Positions 62,085 through 64,000 of a stretch of DNA of 64,000 nucleotides are shown here, piece by piece. Position 1 is the first letter of the stretch. The number at the start of each line of letters is the position of its first letter. Source of the stretch: an uncultured delta proteobacterium (GTDB lineage Bacteria; Desulfobacterota; Syntrophia; Syntrophales; Smithellaceae); the NCBI GenBank assembly GCA_963753975.1, contig CAVWEH010000002.1:448001-512000 (forward strand), given 5' to 3'. The position numbers and the translations under genes were made by a program. Below the pieces are notes generated by a model. That model was not told where the DNA came from, did no database searches, and was given only the letters and a program-made list of their open reading frames with translations.

Positions 62085-62160
62085 TGGAGGCGGCATCCGG
62101 ATTTGAACCGGAGAATAACGGTTTTGCAGACCGCTGCCTTAGCCACTTGGCTATGCCGCC
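62085..62160 (-). tRNA. tRNA-Cys (GCA)
   Basis: GGCGGCATAGCCAAGTGG..CT-GCA-AA..GGTTCAAATCC..GCCGCCTCCA cloverleaf with encoded CCA. Confidence 0.97.
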
Positions 62161-62168
62161 GTAAAAAA

Positions 62169-62243
62169 TGGAGCGGGCGAACGGATTTGAACCGTCGACG
62201 TCTACCTTGGCAAGGTAGCACTCTACCGCTGAGTTACGCCCGC
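62169..62243 (-). tRNA. tRNA-Gly (GCC)
   Basis: GCGGGCGTAACTCAGCGGTAGAG..TT-GCC-AA..GGTTCAAATCC..CCCGCTCCA. Confidence 0.97.
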
Positions 62244-62262
62244 TCATTGAAAAGGATGAGCA

Positions 62263-62290
62263 AATATAATAAAAAGAACACTCTTGTCAA
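62263..62290 (-). promoter_or_regulatory. Sigma70 promoter of the tRNA-Gly/Cys pair
   Basis: Minus strand TTGACA, 16 bp, TATATT, about 20 nt upstream of tRNA-Gly. Confidence 0.6.
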
Positions 62291-62327
62291 TAAAAAAATA
62301 TAAATTGCCTTAAAAGCTAAGGTAATC

Positions 62328-63126
62328 CTAATTTTTAATGGTGTCCATCAATTCATTCAACGCCTGAATATATTCATTCCGGCCTGTAAAAAAAATATCG
62401 TTATGACCTGCGTCAGGTATTTTTAAAAATTTTTTATTTGTGGAATTAGCGGCAGCAAATAATATTTCGGCCTGATTAATAGGGATTAAGAAGTCGTCTT
62501 CGGCATGAATGATAAGTACGGGCTTGGAAAAGCATTTGATTTTCTCATCATTGCCGAAGCCGTCTCTTTCTTGAATATCGAAATAATCAGTATCTACGCC
62601 CATCGTTACCAATAGCGGCAAAGTATGGGCGAATCCGCTTTCAATAATCAAACCGTCAACTTTATTTTCATAGAAGGCGGCTATTTCCAGTGCGGGGGCA
62701 CAGCCTAAGGAGCGTCCCATTACGACCATAATTTCTTTTTCCTGCCGGATGCGCTTGCGGACAAATTCAAAAATGTCATGCGCATCGTCGATCATTGAAG
62801 TTATCGTAGGATATCCGGATGATTTTCCATATCCTCGATAATCTACAGAAATCAAGTTAATACCTGTTCGCAGAAATATCGAGGCAATATCGACATACTC
62901 TAAAGCTAGCTCGCCGTTTCCATGAAAAAATAAAATTGTACCCCGGGAGGTTTTTGCCTTCTGACCGGATACCGCTGATAATTCCGCCATCAGTACGAGA
63001 GATAACTATTTCCTTTATAAATTTATTTTCAATTACATAATCCATGTTCCGACGCGGATAAAATAATACAGAATTTATTTCTGGACGGTCAATTCTGGAA
63101 TAGTCACGGTTTCCCCAGTGATTCAT
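62328..63126 (-). CDS. Alpha/beta hydrolase (ABHD/BEM46-like); frameshift near 62975
   Basis: LFYPRR N-terminus in one frame; FFHGNGE, DYRGYGKS.G, GRSLG, AGHNDI in the other. Confidence 0.82.
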
Positions 63127-63130
63127 AAAA

Positions 63131-63691
63131 TTATTCTTCTGCACGACAGTGATAGAATTTTATGAAATAATCCAGGCCGGAATAAACCGTCAGCAAAAGG
63201 GCCGCATAGATAATAACCATACCCACAATATGGGTATCAACACCAAAAATTGAATAATGGGCCATCAATGCCGTCACCGCCACAATTTGCGCAAAAGTTT
63301 TTTGCTTTCCTAAACGGCTGGCTGGAATAAGAAATCCTTCGGAAGAGGCAATGCTCCGTATCCAGTCCACGAGTAAATCCCGCACGATTGTTATAGCTAC
63401 GATCCATGCCGGTATACGGCCAATGGGAATCATCAATATCATAGCTGTGTTAATTATTAGTTTATCAGCTATCGGGTCAAGAAACTTACCCAGTGTTGTA
63501 ACCATCTGATACTTTCTGGCAACATATCCATCGACAAAATCGGTGAATGAAGCAAGAAGAAATATTGCAGCCAAAATTGAGCTCCAGAATTCTCCGGGGG
63601 ATGAAAGCAAAATAAAAAGAAACGGAACAACACTGATTCTCATCAATGTTATTGTGTTGGGCAGATTGAAGATTTCACGCTTTTTTACCAT
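63131..63691 (-). CDS. pgsA: CDP-diacylglycerol--glycerol-3-phosphate 3-phosphatidyltransferase
   Basis: NLPN.IT..R, TDFVDGYVARK...VT.LGKFLDPIADK; upstream of Gly/Cys tRNAs. Confidence 0.95.
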   Translation of the reverse strand: MVKKREIFNLPNTITLMRISVVPFLFILLSSPGEFWSSILAAIFLLASFTDFVDGYVARKYQMVTTLGKFLDPIADKLIINTAMILMIPIGRIPAWIVAITIVRDLLVDWIRSIASSEGFLIPASRLGKQKTFAQIVAVTALMAHYSIFGVDTHIVGMVIIYAALLLTVYSGLDYFIKFYHCRAEE

Positions 63692-63719
63692 TGTCTATAT
63701 CCTGAAATAATAATCATCT

Positions 63720-64000
63720 TCACTTATTTGGAACTTTTTTCCAGTCTTCCAAAAATAATTTTATCCCTTTATCCGTTAAAGGATGTTGAACTAATTGAGC
63801 GATTACTTTAAAGGGAATGGTAGCAATATCCGCACCCATTAGAGCGGCATCCAAAACATGCCGTGGATGACGGATGCTCGCCACTATGACTTCTGTTTCA
63901 TAACCATAGTTATCATAGATAGTTAGAATTTGTTCCACCAATTCCATGCCGTCGTGCGCGATATCGTCCAGCCGTCCGACAAACGGACTCGCATAACGCG
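63720..64000 (-). CDS. Transaldolase / fructose-6-phosphate aldolase, 3' part
   Basis: [34 protein letters not shown]...FL.DW. Confidence 0.92.
   Translation of the reverse strand, partial: RYASPFVGRLDDIAHDGMELVEQILTIYDNYGYETEVIVASIRHPRHVLDAALMGADIATIPFKVIAQLVQHPLTDKGIKLFLEDWKKVPNK

Noticed and set aside
61800..62160. Genomic island integrated at tRNA-Cys carrying the pilus locus
   Set aside because: No integrase and no duplicated tRNA 3' end found by eye in the window; adjacency alone is insufficient

Overview
A 64-kb bacterial chromosomal segment. Gene order and protein style suggest a deltaproteobacterium (Desulfobacterota, Syntrophales/Smithella-like); this is inference only. 1-25.5 kb is mostly housekeeping: phoH, a 7TM-HD phosphohydrolase, ybeY, SDR, lytic transglycosylase, comEA, lysC, tsaE, acpS, folP, ftsH, tilS, HAD, panG-like/panB behind an attenuator-like leader, PPIase, miaA, csp, dppD/F-like ATPases and pepA. 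Its long intergenic gaps carry a family of nested, covarying palindromic repeats. 25.7-61.8 kb is an MSHA-like/type IV pilus locus on the minus strand: PilM-N fusion, PilO, PilP, secretin, ExeA/MshM-LysM, MshEN-PilB, PilC, a membrane-anchored sigma-54 activator with no receiver domain, and the major pilin. About 20 kb further on come an ECF sigma/anti-sigma-like pair, four minor pilins and an L-type lectin/BACON adhesin. The gap is filled by an opposite-strand glycan cassette: DPM-like GT2, WbpB/D/E-like enzymes, four methyltransferases, a deacetylase, a flippase-like protein and an amidotransferase, ending in a TMTC-like GT-C/TPR protein that converges on the pilin gene. This is my best candidate for an undescribed pilus protein-glycosylation and regulation system. 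The window ends with tRNA-Cys, tRNA-Gly, a hydrolase, pgsA and a partial transaldolase/FSA. About a dozen genes carry short indels that look like sequencing or assembly errors; I report them as reconstructed genes. All assignments come from motif recognition by eye; no searches were run.
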